Shown: piece after piece, positions 19,835-33,509 of the stretch
How the letters are laid out: each line of letters begins with the position of its first letter
How positions within the stretch are numbered: the stretch's first letter is position 1
DNA from: Bryobacterales bacterium
GTDB lineage: Bacteria > Acidobacteriota > Terriglobia > Bryobacterales > UBA6623
DNA: 64,000 nucleotides
Reading direction: 5' to 3'
Assembly (NCBI GenBank): GCA_963422375.2
Contig: OY729428.2
Span: 512,001-576,000, forward strand
Program-made: the position numbers and the translations under genes
Notes under the pieces: model-generated
The model's database searches: none
What the model saw: the letters and a program-made list of their open reading frames with translations, nothing else
Told to the model about the DNA's origin: nothing

Positions 19835-20513
19835 ATGAAATTCGGCGTCGTCATCTTTCCCGGCTCCAACTGCGATCACGACGCGCACTACGCGCTCTCG
19901 CGCAACCTCGGCCAGCAAGTGGCCGAAATCTGGCACGAGTCGGAGAATCTCCAAGGCGTCGACGCGGTGTTCCTGCCGGGCGGGTTCTCCTACGGCGACT
20001 ACCTCCGGTGCGGCGCGCTAGCGCGCTTCTCGCCGGTGGTCCGGTGCGTCCGCGAATTCGCCCTGGCCGGAGGGCCCGTGCTGGGCGTCTGCAACGGCTT
20101 CCAGATCCTGTGCGAGACGGGCCTGCTCGAAGGGGCTCTCGTCCGCAACCAAGGCCTGCGCTTCATCTGCCGCTCGGTCGAGGTGCTTCCGGCCACCGCC
20201 GATTCGGTTTTCACCGCGGCCTGCGAGCCAAGACGGCCGCTGAGGATCCCCATCGCCCACGGCGAGGGCCGGTACGTTGCGGACAAGGCTACCCTGGACC
20301 GCCTCGAGGCGAGCGACCGGGTCGCCTTCCGCTACCGCGGCGAGAATCCCAACGGCTCGGCGCGCGGCATCGCCGGCGTGCTCAACGAGGGGCGCAACGT
20401 TCTGGGCATGATGCCCCACCCCGAGCGCGCCTGCGACGCCGCGCTAGGCTCGACGGACGGCACGGCCGTGTTCCGCTCGATGATCGCCGCCTGGGAGGAC
20501 GCGCGCGCCAGCC

Positions 20514-20524
<11 letters not shown>
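19835..20524 (+). CDS. purQ: Phosphoribosylformylglycinamidine synthase subunit PurQ
   Basis: 'VIFPGSNCD', '[14 protein letters not shown]', '[10 protein letters not shown]', 'IAHGEG', 'GMMPHPER'. Confidence 0.97.
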
Positions 20525-22762
<2,238 letters not shown>

Positions 22763-22766
<4 letters not shown>

Positions 22767-24265
22767 CCGTCGACGGCGCGCATGCCGGCGGGTCAGCCGT
22801 CCGTGTCGAGCCAGAAGACCGCTTCCGCGAGGAGTGCGGGATCTGCGCCATCTTCGGCCATCCCGAAGCGGCCAACCTGGCCTACCTCGGGCTGTACGCC
22901 CTGCAGCACCGCGGGCAGGAGAGCGCGGGCATCTGCTCGAGCGACGGCGACAGAATCCACACTCGCAAGGGCATGGGCCTCGTCAACGAGGTCTTCGGCG
23001 AGGCGGAACTCCGCGAGCTGCCGGGGCACTTGGCGATCGGCCACACCCGCTACTCGACGGCGGGGGACGCCGGCCTGCTCAATGCGCAGCCGTTCTACGT
23101 GGAGTGCAACAAGGGCGCCCTGGCCGTGGCGCACAACGGCAACCTGACGAACGGCCCGCTCCTGCGGCACGAGATCGAGATGTCGGGCTCGATCTTCCAA
23201 GCCACCAGCGACACCGAGGTCATCCCTCACCTGATGGCCCGGTCGCGGGAGCCGAGCCTGCGCCTCGCCCTGCGCGAGTCGCTGCTGCGGCTGGAAGGAG
23301 CCTACTCGCTGGCGCTGCTGGGTCGCGACCGCATCATCGTGGCCCGCGACCAGCGGGGATTCCGCCCGCTGGCCTACGGGCGCATGCGCCACGAGGGGCG
23401 CGACGTCCATGTCTTCGCCTCCGAGACCTGCGCCTTCGATCTGGTCGGGGCGCGGTACGAGGGCGAGGTGGACCCGGGCGAGATGGTGATCGTCAGCGAG
23501 GAGGGCATCGTGCGGCAGCAGTTCGCTCCCTCGCTCCCTCGCCGCCAGTGCGTCTTCGAGCACGTGTACTTCTCGCGCCCTGACTCGATCATCTTCGGGC
23601 GGGCCGTGAACGAATCCAGGGAGGAGCTGGGACGGCGCCTCGCCCGCGAGAGCCCCGTCGAGGCGGACTGCGTGGTGCCGGTCCCGGACTCGGGCAACGC
23701 CGCCGCGATCGGATACTCGGCCGAGTCGGGCATCCCGTACAGCTCGGGCCTGATCCGCAACCACTACGTGGGTCGGACGTTCATCGAGCCCAAGCAATCG
23801 ATCCGCAATTTCGGCGTCAAGCTGAAGCTGAACCCGGTGCGGCAGATCGTGGCGGGAAAGCGGGTCGTGCTGGTCGACGACTCGCTGGTGCGGGGCACCA
23901 CTAGCCGCAAGATCGTGGGAATCATGCGGGACGCCGGGGCGAGCGAGGTCCACCTGCGGATCTCCTGCCCGCCGACGATCGCGTCGTGCTATTACGGCGT
24001 GGACACGCCCGACCGGAGCGAGCTGATCGCGAACCGGATGTCGGTCGAGGAGATCCGGCAGCACACCGGAGCGGACTCGCTCGCCTATCTGTCGATGGAC
24101 GGGCTGCAGCGGGCGGTGGCGGACAGCCGGGGCGAATACTGCTACTCGTGCTACACAGGGGTGTACCCGACGGAACTCCTGCAGATCGACCAGATCGTCA
24201 GCCAATACCGCTCGAAGAGCGAGTCGGGGAATCGGTTCGCCCGTCGCTCGCGCCGGGCGGAATAG
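22763..24265 (+). CDS. purF: Amidophosphoribosyltransferase
   Basis: 'EECGICAI', '[14 protein letters not shown]', 'GHTRYST', 'AHNGNL', '[13 protein letters not shown]'; ATG at 22763 overlaps the purL stop. Confidence 0.97.
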
Positions 24266-24408
24266 CGCGGGGCATTCCGTCGAGGGCCCGCAGACAGGAC
24301 TTCCCGTCTCAAAGCCTTTCACCCGGTTCTGATTCGGGTGTACGCTTATTGGCAGCAAGCCGACGGGGCCTCCGTCGGGAGGATCGAAGCAAGGAGGGTA
24401 TCGGGTCG

Positions 24409-25368
24409 ATGCGACGGACCAAGCTTGGAATCGGATTCGCCCTGCTGGCGGGCCTCGGGTGTCTTGCGACTCCGGACGAACCCCCGACCGCGAGCGGCGG
24501 CGAAGCTGCCTTCGAGGTCGTGCATGGCTGGCCGCGCCTGCCGGAAGGCTACGCCTTGGGCCAGGCGACGGGAGTCGACGTGGATTCCCAGAACCGCGTG
24601 TGGGTGTTTCACCGGGCGGCCCGCCCGGTGCTGTGCATTGACGGCGATAGCGGTGAAGTCATCTCCTCGTTCGGAGACGACCTGTTCGACAACGAGCACG
24701 GCCTCGCCGTGGACGGCGGCGGCACGGTCTGGGTCACCGACGCCGACACGCACGTCGTGCAGCAGTACAGCCCTGAGGGCGACCTGCTGAAGACACTCGG
24801 CGTGGAGGGAGAGGCCGGCGAGAACGAGACGCACTTCAACAAGCCAACCGACGTAGACTTCGGGCCGGACGGATCAATCTACGTGACGGACGGATACGGG
24901 AACAACCGCGTGGTCAAGCTCGGCCAGGACGGGAAGTTCGTCAAGGCCTGGGGCGCCAAGGGCACGGGGCCCGGCGAGTTCGACACCCCGCACGGCGTCG
25001 CCGTCGACGGTGAAGGGCGCGTGTACGTCGCGGATCGCGGCAACGCCCGCGTGCAAGTGTTCGATGCGGAAGGCCAGTTCCTTGCCGAGTGGAGCAGCGA
25101 GGAGATCGGCCGCCCGTGGGGCGTCGACATCACCGCCGAGGGGAACGTGATCGTGGCGGACGGCGGCGATCTAACGAACACGGCGTACGACCGCAACGGG
25201 GCTGTGCTGATGACGCCCGAAGGCGAGGTGCTCGAGAGATGGGGGTCGTACGGTAGCCAGGACGGCCAGTTCTACTGGGCGCACGACATCGCCGCAGGCG
25301 CGGACGGAGCGGTGTACGTCGTCGACGTTAACGCCGGGATGCGAGTCCAGAAGTTCGTCAGGCGCTAA
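24409..25368 (+). CDS. NHL-repeat beta-propeller lipoprotein (peptidyl-alpha-hydroxyglycine lyase-like)
   Basis: Lipobox 'AGLGC'; NHL repeats 'FNKPTDVDF.PDGSIYVTDGYGNNRVVK' and 'GEFDTPHGVAVDGEGRVYVADRGNARVQVF'; GGAGG RBS upstream. Confidence 0.85.
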   Translation: MRRTKLGIGFALLAGLGCLATPDEPPTASGGEAAFEVVHGWPRLPEGYALGQATGVDVDSQNRVWVFHRAARPVLCIDGDSGEVISSFGDDLFDNEHGLAVDGGGTVWVTDADTHVVQQYSPEGDLLKTLGVEGEAGENETHFNKPTDVDFGPDGSIYVTDGYGNNRVVKLGQDGKFVKAWGAKGTGPGEFDTPHGVAVDGEGRVYVADRGNARVQVFDAEGQFLAEWSSEEIGRPWGVDITAEGNVIVADGGDLTNTAYDRNGAVLMTPEGEVLERWGSYGSQDGQFYWAHDIAAGADGAVYVVDVNAGMRVQKFVRR

Positions 25369-25708
25369 TGGCACTGGGGCGGCTCGCCGGCTTCGGTGGC
25401 ATCGCCGGTCTTGTCCGCGGGCCTGCACGAATCCTAGTCTTGCAGCGCAACTCGAATCAGTAGGTCTGAGCGAAGAAGCTCACAGCCGGCACGCCCCGGC
25501 GACAGGCGGGCGGCGGCATTGCTGACCGGTGCCGAGACGGCCAGTTCGATCCCCTCGGAGTACTTCATTCGCACCCTCAGAATCACCGGCCAACTCGAAA
25601 GAAGCGTTCCCAGCGTGAGATTCCAGCGAACAACCAAGGTAAAATGTAGCTGTCTGTGTTCAGCCACTACGGGGAGCCGGGCAACTGGCGGTAAGGAGCA
25701 ACAGCTTG

Positions 25709-28700
25709 ATGAGCGTTCGTGCTAGGAGCAGGTATCTGAAAGAGCGAGCAAGGCTATGCCTGCTGGCCTGCCTGCTGCTGACCGCAGCCGAAGCGGCCGA
25801 GCCATCCCAATCAGCGGAAGACACTATTCGCCGCCTCGGCGCGGAGATTCTCGCCCGTCACGGCATCAGCGCCCCGGTGCCTTTCGAAGACACCCAACCA
25901 CGAACCGCGAGTCTCCCAACTCGTGAACTCGCTCGCAGGCGGGCCGACGCACTCGTAGACTTGATCCGCACCGATCCCGGCCGAGCGGTCAGTCTGGCCT
26001 TTCCTCAAGAGGCGCTTCAAGAACTCAGGGCTCGGTCTCCTGACCTCAGCCCTGATCTCGAGAAACGCGGCTCTTGGCAAGGGGAGGCGACGCTATTCAT
26101 AGCCGACGATTTCGAGAACCACCGATCATGGGAGTACCACTCAGTCCGCACATCCGAAGGCTATCTCGACGCATACGGAATCCCGAGCGGCGCGTGGAGC
26201 CGCAACGGTGACCTAGTCGAAGTCGCCGGAATCTCCGTCCGCGGTCAGATGGCGGTGCTGGAAGCTCGACGGCAGGAAGTCCCCGATCCCGGGCTCTATC
26301 CTGCTGCCACTACCTGCGAATCCGTAGGAAAACAGAAGCTAGCCGTCTTCTTGGTATACAGGAAGGAACAAGAAATGCCGACCTTTGACGCGAGCGCAAT
26401 CCGCGAGCTGGTGTTCGGCACACGCCGGTCCTTGGATCGGTATGTCCGGACCGTCTCGTTTGGCAGGGCATGGCTGTCAGGGGATGTTTTTGGACCAATT
26501 GCCGTTGATGCGAAGAACGACGAGGACATCATGTGGCGATTCTCAGAAGAAATCGCCCGAGAGGCAGGCATCGTAGACTTGACTCAGTACGGCCGTGTGG
26601 TACAACTAGGGCCGGGGATGATAATTGACTTCGGTGGAAGATCATCTGTCGGCTGCAGTGGCCGGAATTACTCCCTTTTCGCGGCGAATACTGGCGAGGA
26701 ATGTATAGATGGGAGCTGTCGCCAGATGCCGTCCCTAGAGACGCTGATTCATGAGCTCGGCCACAGCTTGGGCTTGCGGCACAGTACTTCACTGACGGCG
26801 GACGGAGAGTCCCTCGGCTTAGAAGTGTCCACGATGGCAATAAAGGAGTACGATGACGTGTTCGACCCTATGGGATCTGGCCCGGAGGGCTCGTTCTTCA
26901 ATGCCCGGCACTTGCGTGGAATCGGATGGCTCGATTCCGACAACATTCTGACTGTAGAAAACGAAGGAACATTCAAGATCCGCAATCTGATTGACACTTC
27001 AAGTCTACATGACCCGATTGCACTCAGGATTCGACGGCAACCGAATATAGACCAGTGGATTTGGGTAGAATCCGCAGCAGATACTCGAGATTCTATGCTT
27101 GCACGATTCAGGTTTCAAACTAGACAATATCGATTTGAGGAAAAATACGGGGCAGTTATCCGTCTTGAAGACAACAGTCTTCCTATTCAAGGAGGAAACG
27201 GAGAATTCTCCAAATACAAGACATATCTTCTTGACATGACACCATCGGTGGCCGGATTCAAGCTCCCCTTGGGCATAACATGGGAGGATACTTACTCTCC
27301 CCTATCGATCACAGTCGATCCTGCTGATGGCAACGACTTGTCTGTCCGTGTAGAGCGCCAAGAGCGAGAGGCTAGCTGCGCAGGCTTTGATGAGGGACCA
27401 CGCACATTTACCCCGTCATCACAGGAAGGAGTGATTGACGTGAAGGCACCGTTGAACTGCTCTTGGAAAATCCGTGTACTTGCCGACTGGCTCGAGGTTG
27501 ACGCTTCAGATCTTGCCGGCATTGGCCCGGCTCAGATCCATTTTCGAATTCCCGAACATACAGGGACCTTTAACCGCCAAGGACACGTCGCTATTGGACT
27601 GAAGTCAGTCGAACTTATCCAAAAAGCTCGGTCCGCTCCCCCAGCTATTGAAGCATTGCATCCAAAGAGTGGTGCGGGCAAGTCAGGCGCGTTCCGAATC
27701 GAAGTATCGGATCCGAACGCCGATGTCGAAGGAATTGAGCGAGAGCTTGAGTCAATTCGTCTATTGTTTCGTTCCGGGCGTGACGAACTCTGCAGTGCGA
27801 TATACGAATTCGGAAGGAGATTCAGACTCGTTAAGCCAAGATCATCAGTCAACGACCAACTGGACAACCAAATAATAGATGATCAAGCGTGTACCGTCGA
27901 CTTTTCTAGGTCGAGCATGAGTGTCCGAGGAGGGCGCGCAGTCGTCGTGTTCCGAGTGATTTTCAGCGAATCCCTCCCCGACGTCTTAAACTTTGAAGCA
28001 GTGGCATCTGACCGGGATGGGAATGCCTCAGTCGAATCTGGATCTTGGATGACCGACGAGGCGACTAGCGGGCGTCCCAAGATCACTGGAGTCTCCGGTT
28101 TCATCCGACCCGGTTCGCCCGCGCGAGTCCGCTTGGACGCGACGGATCCCGATGGGGCATTCGACATTGCATCGATCGCAATTGCCATTCGATCAAAGAC
28201 GGGGCCGGAATGGTGCTCGGTAGCACTAGACACTGCAAATCGCAGGGTCGTTCTCACGGGATACGGCCAGCCGTGGCAGCAAGCAGATGCACCGCATACC
28301 GAAGGGCCGCTTGAGAATGAGTACTGCACTGTCGTTCCGTCGTCGATGTCCACGCTGCTTGCTTACGACGACGCTTCCACACTCAGGGTTCGGGTGCCGA
28401 ACGTTCATTTCTCCCGACTATTCGCAGCACCGAAAAGCGTCGAGGCAACCGTGACTGACCGCTCCGGTCATCGCGCGGAGCGTGTTGCCGAACATGACCT
28501 CCCTGAGACGGTTGACAACGGTTCACCGGGCCCGCTCCCGGGCACGGTATCGCCCAACTCGGGAGCCGGAAGAGAGCAGCGGTTCGAGTGGACGTATGAA
28601 AACCCTGACGGCGACGGCCGCTCTACGGGGGGACGCCTGACGTTTGTCTCGTCAGACCGCTCGGCAGCCTGTCTGATTTCTTTGTCAAATATGTCAGTCG

Positions 28701-31700
28701 ACCTAGGTTGGTTTCGACGACAACCATGGGCTGATGGCTGGAGCGAACGGGGGCTTATTGGGTCTCTGGGCGTGCTTGAGAACGACTACTGCTCGGTTGA
28801 CCTCGCGAGCATGAAATACACCGTATCGGACTACCGCCAGACGATTTCCGCTCTAGTCAAGTTCAAGCCAAAGTTAGGTGACCTCCTCACCTTGACCCTT
28901 TCAAGCGATTCTACGGACCAAGTAGTGCGGGGGTTCTGGTCAATGAGGGAATCGGACAACGAGCCATTCATCGCCGCAGTCGTCGACGCAGCGAGCCTGC
29001 GAGATGTTTATTACCGGTATCCCGCCGTAGAGCCACTGCAAGCGCTTAGGGTTTACGGTGGGAATCTGGGTCCCGTACAAACGGTCCAAGCGCTCCCTGC
29101 AGATCCGTTGTCTCTGGATTCCGGACTGGGCGGGACGCGAATGCTCCAATGGTATGATCGCGACGGCGAAGCGACTTACGAGACACTGTTACCCGTACTG
29201 ATGGCTGCAGGGGAGCTGGTTGAGACCGCGTTGCCACACGATAACGCCCCTGGGAACCGGGTGGCCGTCGAGCGCGGCGGGGCGAGATCGGATCCGTTCG
29301 AGATCAGACCATTCGCGATCGGATCATCGAGCGGGCCCAGCCTCGGCGTCTTCACGCGGGACGGGACGGGAGTGGGGCAAGTGCTGGCTGAGAACGCAGA
29401 CGGCAGTCCCAACGGCCCGGAAAGTCCGGCTCCATCCGGAGCGATTGTCACCCTGTATGCCACCGGGACGGGTTGGACGGGGCCAACCGGGGACGCGGGC
29501 GGCGCGACGAGTCCCACGGCACCAGTCAGCGTCGTCATCGGCAACCGGGCGTCGGAAGTTCTCTCGGCGAACAGCGAAATCCCGGGAGAACTGCCTGGCA
29601 GGACGCGGATCAGGGTACGCCTCAACGACGAGACACCGGGCGGACCGAGGATCCCGGTCTCAATAGTGGTGGGCGGGGAGACCAGCCAACCCGGTATCAC
29701 GATGGCGGTCGATGCAACAGGGGGAGCAGGCTGCGCTACCTCTCGGGGTGTCCCGCCCCCCGTCTCGCCGTCACTGCAACACGGCATTCTCCAGCTAGAG
29801 GCATCCGCGGACTGCTCTTGGAAGGTTCGCAGCCTTTCCGACTGGATCGAATTGGACAGGCCTTCGATCTCTGGCACTGGCCCGGCCGAAGTGCGGTATA
29901 AGGTGTCCGAGCATGCTGGGAGCTCCGACCGGCGCGGGCACATCCTCGTGGGCCAGGACCTAGTTGCGGTGGTCCAGCAAGCCCGGCCAGTCCCTCCAGT
30001 GATCGAATCCCTTCACCCCAAGGTGGGATCCGGCAGATCCAGTAGCTTTCGGGTTGAAGTGTCGGACGCAAACGCCGGTGCCAACGTCGAGGAAGAACTG
30101 CGCGAAGTGTCGCTATCGTTCCGCTCGGGGCGTGAGTTGGTTTGCTCGGTAGAATACAGCTTCCGGAATAAGGAATTCCATCTCGATGTATCAACTCCAG
30201 CGAGCAGAGACCGACGCACGGCCAACGAAGTGTGCGACTTGGACTTGACCAGATCAAGCATGAGAGCTGCCCGTGACCGGGTGGTCGTCGTGTTCCACAT
30301 CAACTTCAACGAATCCCTCCCCAACGTCTTACACGTTCACGCAAGGGCATATGACCGGGAATGGAATACCGCAGTCGAATCTGGATCTTGGAGCACAGAG
30401 GAGGCGACTAGCGGGCGTCCCAAGATCACTGGAGTCTCCGGTTCCATCCGACCCGGTTCGCCCGCGCAAGTCCGCTTGGACGCGACGGATCCCGATGGGG
30501 CATTCGACATTGCATCGATCGCAATTGCCATTCGATCAAAGACGGGGCCGGAATGGTGCTCGGTAGCACTAGACACTGCAAATCGCAAGGTCGTTCTCAC
30601 GGGATACGGCCAGCCGCGGCAGCAAGCAGATGCACCGCATACCGAAGGGCCGCTTGAGAATGAGTACTGCACTGTCGTTCCGTCGGCTGTGTCCACGCGG
30701 GCTGCTTACGACGACGCTTCCACACTCAGCGTTCGGGTGCCGAACGTTCACTTCTCCCGACTTTTCGCAGCACAGAAAAGCGTCGAGGCAACCGTGACTG
30801 ACCGCTCCGGTCATCGCGCGGAGCGTGTTGCCGAACATGACCTCCCTGAGACGGTTGACAACGGTTCACCGGGCCCGCTCCCGGGCACGGTGTCGCCCAA
30901 CTCGGGAGCCGGAAGAGAGCAGCGGTTCGAGTGGACGTATGAAAACCCTGACGGCGACGGCCGCTCCACGGGGGGACGCCTGACGTTTGTCTCGTCAGAC
31001 CGCTCGGCAGCCTGTCAGATTTATTTGTCAAATATGTCAGTCGCCCTAGGTTGGTTTCGACGACAACCATGGGGTAGTGGCCGGAGCGAATGGGAGCGTA
31101 TTGGGTCTCTGGGCGTGCTTGAGAACGACTACTGCTCGGTTGACCTCGCGAGCATGAAATACACCGTATCGGACTACCGCCAGACGATTTCCGCTCTAGT
31201 CAAGTTCAAGCCAAAGTTAGGTGACCTCCTCACCTTGACCCTTTCAAGCGATTCTACGGACCAAGTAGTGCGGGGGTTCTGGTCAATGAGGGAATCGGAC
31301 AACGAGCCATTCATCGCCGCAGTCGTCGACGCAGCGAGCCTGCGATATGTTTATTACGAGTATCCCTTCGTAGCGCCACTACAAGCCCTAAGAGTCGTAG
31401 GTGGAAATCTGGGTCCCGTGCTACCGGTCCGAGCGCTACCCGCAGATTCATTGTCCTTGGATTCCGGACTGACGGGGACCCGAGTACTCCGTTGGTATGA
31501 CCGAGACGGTCAAGCGCCTGAAGAATCACCGATACCCGTGCTAATGGTCGCAAACGGGCTGGTTGAGGCCGCATTTCCACACGTGAAGGGTAATTGGAAC
31601 CGGCTGGCCGTCGAACGCAATGGTGTGCGATCGGATCCGTTCGAGGTCCGATCATCTAGTGGGCCCAGCCCCAGCGTCTTTACGCGGGACGGGACGGGAG

Positions 31701-32059
31701 TGGGGCAAGTGCTGGCTGAGAACGCAGACGGCAGTCCCAATGGCCCGGAGAATCCGGCTCGGTCAGGGGCGAGTCTCACCCTATACGCCACTGGGACTGG
31801 TTGGACGAGTCCGACAAGCAACGCCAGTGGCGCGACGAGACCACTTGCACCCGTCAGCGTGGTGATCGGCAACCGAGCGTCGGAACTTGTCTCGGTCAAC
31901 AGCGAAATCCCGACAGAGCTGCCCGGCCGGACGCGGATCAGGGTACGTCTCAGCGACGACACACCTAGCGGTCCGAGGATCCCGGTCTCCGTAGTAGTGG
32001 GCGGGAATACCAGTCAGCCCGGAATCACGATCGCCGTTACCGAGGAGCGCCGCGATTGA
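25709..32059 (+). CDS. Large secreted zinc metalloprotease/surface protein (M11/reprolysin-like domain plus two BACON/Ig-like/TIGR03437-like modules)
   Basis: Signal peptide 'LCLLACLLLTAAEA'; metzincin 'HELGHSLGLRH' and 'EYDDVFDPMG'; BACON-like 'CSWK.R.L.DW.E' twice; 'VFTRDGTGVGQVLAENADGSPNGP..PA.SG...TLYATG' twice. Confidence 0.8.
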   Translation: MSVRARSRYLKERARLCLLACLLLTAAEAAEPSQSAEDTIRRLGAEILARHGISAPVPFEDTQPRTASLPTRELARRRADALVDLIRTDPGRAVSLAFPQEALQELRARSPDLSPDLEKRGSWQGEATLFIADDFENHRSWEYHSVRTSEGYLDAYGIPSGAWSRNGDLVEVAGISVRGQMAVLEARRQEVPDPGLYPAATTCESVGKQKLAVFLVYRKEQEMPTFDASAIRELVFGTRRSLDRYVRTVSFGRAWLSGDVFGPIAVDAKNDEDIMWRFSEEIAREAGIVDLTQYGRVVQLGPGMIIDFGGRSSVGCSGRNYSLFAANTGEECIDGSCRQMPSLETLIHELGHSLGLRHSTSLTADGESLGLEVSTMAIKEYDDVFDPMGSGPEGSFFNARHLRGIGWLDSDNILTVENEGTFKIRNLIDTSSLHDPIALRIRRQPNIDQWIWVESAADTRDSMLARFRFQTRQYRFEEKYGAVIRLEDNSLPIQGGNGEFSKYKTYLLDMTPSVAGFKLPLGITWEDTYSPLSITVDPADGNDLSVRVERQEREASCAGFDEGPRTFTPSSQEGVIDVKAPLNCSWKIRVLADWLEVDASDLAGIGPAQIHFRIPEHTGTFNRQGHVAIGLKSVELIQKARSAPPAIEALHPKSGAGKSGAFRIEVSDPNADVEGIERELESIRLLFRSGRDELCSAIYEFGRRFRLVKPRSSVNDQLDNQIIDDQACTVDFSRSSMSVRGGRAVVVFRVIFSESLPDVLNFEAVASDRDGNASVESGSWMTDEATSGRPKITGVSGFIRPGSPARVRLDATDPDGAFDIASIAIAIRSKTGPEWCSVALDTANRRVVLTGYGQPWQQADAPHTEGPLENEYCTVVPSSMSTLLAYDDASTLRVRVPNVHFSRLFAAPKSVEATVTDRSGHRAERVAEHDLPETVDNGSPGPLPGTVSPNSGAGREQRFEWTYENPDGDGRSTGGRLTFVSSDRSAACLISLSNMSVDLGWFRRQPWADGWSERGLIGSLGVLENDYCSVDLASMKYTVSDYRQTISALVKFKPKLGDLLTLTLSSDSTDQVVRGFWSMRESDNEPFIAAVVDAASLRDVYYRYPAVEPLQALRVYGGNLGPVQTVQALPADPLSLDSGLGGTRMLQWYDRDGEATYETLLPVLMAAGELVETALPHDNAPGNRVAVERGGARSDPFEIRPFAIGSSSGPSLGVFTRDGTGVGQVLAENADGSPNGPESPAPSGAIVTLYATGTGWTGPTGDAGGATSPTAPVSVVIGNRASEVLSANSEIPGELPGRTRIRVRLNDETPGGPRIPVSIVVGGETSQPGITMAVDATGGAGCATSRGVPPPVSPSLQHGILQLEASADCSWKVRSLSDWIELDRPSISGTGPAEVRYKVSEHAGSSDRRGHILVGQDLVAVVQQARPVPPVIESLHPKVGSGRSSSFRVEVSDANAGANVEEELREVSLSFRSGRELVCSVEYSFRNKEFHLDVSTPASRDRRTANEVCDLDLTRSSMRAARDRVVVVFHINFNESLPNVLHVHARAYDREWNTAVESGSWSTEEATSGRPKITGVSGSIRPGSPAQVRLDATDPDGAFDIASIAIAIRSKTGPEWCSVALDTANRKVVLTGYGQPRQQADAPHTEGPLENEYCTVVPSAVSTRAAYDDASTLSVRVPNVHFSRLFAAQKSVEATVTDRSGHRAERVAEHDLPETVDNGSPGPLPGTVSPNSGAGREQRFEWTYENPDGDGRSTGGRLTFVSSDRSAACQIYLSNMSVALGWFRRQPWGSGRSEWERIGSLGVLENDYCSVDLASMKYTVSDYRQTISALVKFKPKLGDLLTLTLSSDSTDQVVRGFWSMRESDNEPFIAAVVDAASLRYVYYEYPFVAPLQALRVVGGNLGPVLPVRALPADSLSLDSGLTGTRVLRWYDRDGQAPEESPIPVLMVANGLVEAAFPHVKGNWNRLAVERNGVRSDPFEVRSSSGPSPSVFTRDGTGVGQVLAENADGSPNGPENPARSGASLTLYATGTGWTSPTSNASGATRPLAPVSVVIGNRASELVSVNSEIPTELPGRTRIRVRLSDDTPSGPRIPVSVVVGGNTSQPGITIAVTEERRD
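28031..29010 (+). repeat. Intragenic direct repeat, copy A (near-identical core of a 2343-bp-period duplication)
   Basis: GTCGAATCTGGATCTTGG occurs at 28031 and 30374 (offset 2343 nt = 781 codons); about 1 kb almost identical. Confidence 0.92.
30374..31353 (+). repeat. Intragenic direct repeat, copy B
   Basis: Matches 28031-29010 except for clustered substitutions. Confidence 0.92.
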
Positions 32060-33509
32060 CGCGTCAACTCCCCTCGCCAATGCCGTTCTTGGGGTCCATC
32101 GTGCGCAGTCGCCGACAGGACCGGCAAGATAGTGCTTTTGTCGGTCGACGGAACCAACGCGAGTTAGTTCTCTGCTCTCCAGATTCACGCCGAAGGACAC
32201 CCTGACCCGGCCGTAGATGAACGTTTCCGGATCCACGCATGATGCATCCGCGACCGTATCTGTGTGTCCCGTGCCCAGCCCCTCCGTGCCAGCCCCCCGC
32301 GAACCGTACCGACTTCCCTTGGGCTCGCCCGAACATCCGGAAGGGCGTACGGTCAGGTCTGACCGGATGCATCGGCCGCGGTGCCGGGTCGAAGGTCCAT
32401 GCAGCTCGCCGTGAACGTCGCCTTGGGTGTGCCTTGGTCTTCCGCGCCAACGCGACGACAACTTCGTACCTCGGCCTGGGAGACGACGGTGTCGTGAATG
32501 TCATTCTTGACGCTTACGCCCGAGTCTCCGGCTTCGTTCGGGACTCGTGTCGGCATGTCATACCAGCAGTGCTGCCTCGCACTCCGTCGTCTCTGCCGCG
32601 GGGCCGCGGTGGTGGCGGTCATCGGTCCGTGATTCGACTCGGCAGCAGTCGATTGGCGGATTGCCGGTCACCCCCTGACTGCGAGTGGGCTCGAGCGATC
32701 ATCGCAGGTTCCCGACCCCGTGGAAGGTCGTTCGCCCGGTCCCAAAGTAGAAGCCCCAGCAGTGAGTCCGAGGATTCGTCCCTTGCCTAGGGCACCCGAA
32801 CTCCGGGTCTCCGTGGGCGCCTAGGGGGGGCGACCGGTGCGAGCCCTCAGCATGTGCCCGTCAAGCCTGGCAGCGCCGCCGTCAGGACGATTCTGTGGCG
32901 GCAGGTGTGTGAGGCCTGCCAGACTGAGATTCTTGGCCCGCACTCCGGTGATGCAGTGCAGGCCAGCCTGCCTTGGGAGAAATTGTCGCCGTGAATGTCG
33001 CGACCCGCCTAGTCATGGGGGCAGCGACAGTTTCGGTGGTCGGTGGGAATTCGACAGCAATCTCTGACGGTCCGAGACCTGCCATCCCGCCAGGACGGGT
33101 GCTGCCGTTCGAATTGCACTTACCTTCGGCGTGACCATTGCGCATTGAGAGCATACGGATTCGGCACTACCGTGCTCTACACGAAGTGGAGTTGAGCGAT
33201 CTACCTCCGCTTGCAGTCTTGGTCGGCGGTCACGGAACCGGAAAATCCACTCTTATCGACGTCTTGTCATTTGTAAAGGAATCCTTGCAGCACGACGTGA
33301 ACTATGCGGTGAATCGAAGCGGAGGTTTTAGTGAGATTCGAAGCTGGGGCCAAGAGGGACCAATCTCGGTTCAGCTTGGCTTTCGGGACAGCATGAATCG
33401 CTTGGCGACATACCTTCTAATCATAACGAGTCAACGGGGTGAGCCACTAGTCGAAAGAGAATTTCTCAAGTATGTTGGTAGACAAAGTGGGCATGCAACT
33501 GATTTCGTG

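Noticed and set aside
28031..31400. Diversity-generating retroelement (template/variable repeat pair)
   Set aside because: Both copies are in frame within one ORF, differences are not adenine-specific, and no reverse transcriptase is present in the window.
32060..33137. Possible structured RNA or gene in the 1-kb gap (e.g. CCTAGG...CCTAGG stem near 32787-32826)
   Set aside because: No recognisable RNA family motif or credible ORF; isolated stems are expected at this GC content.
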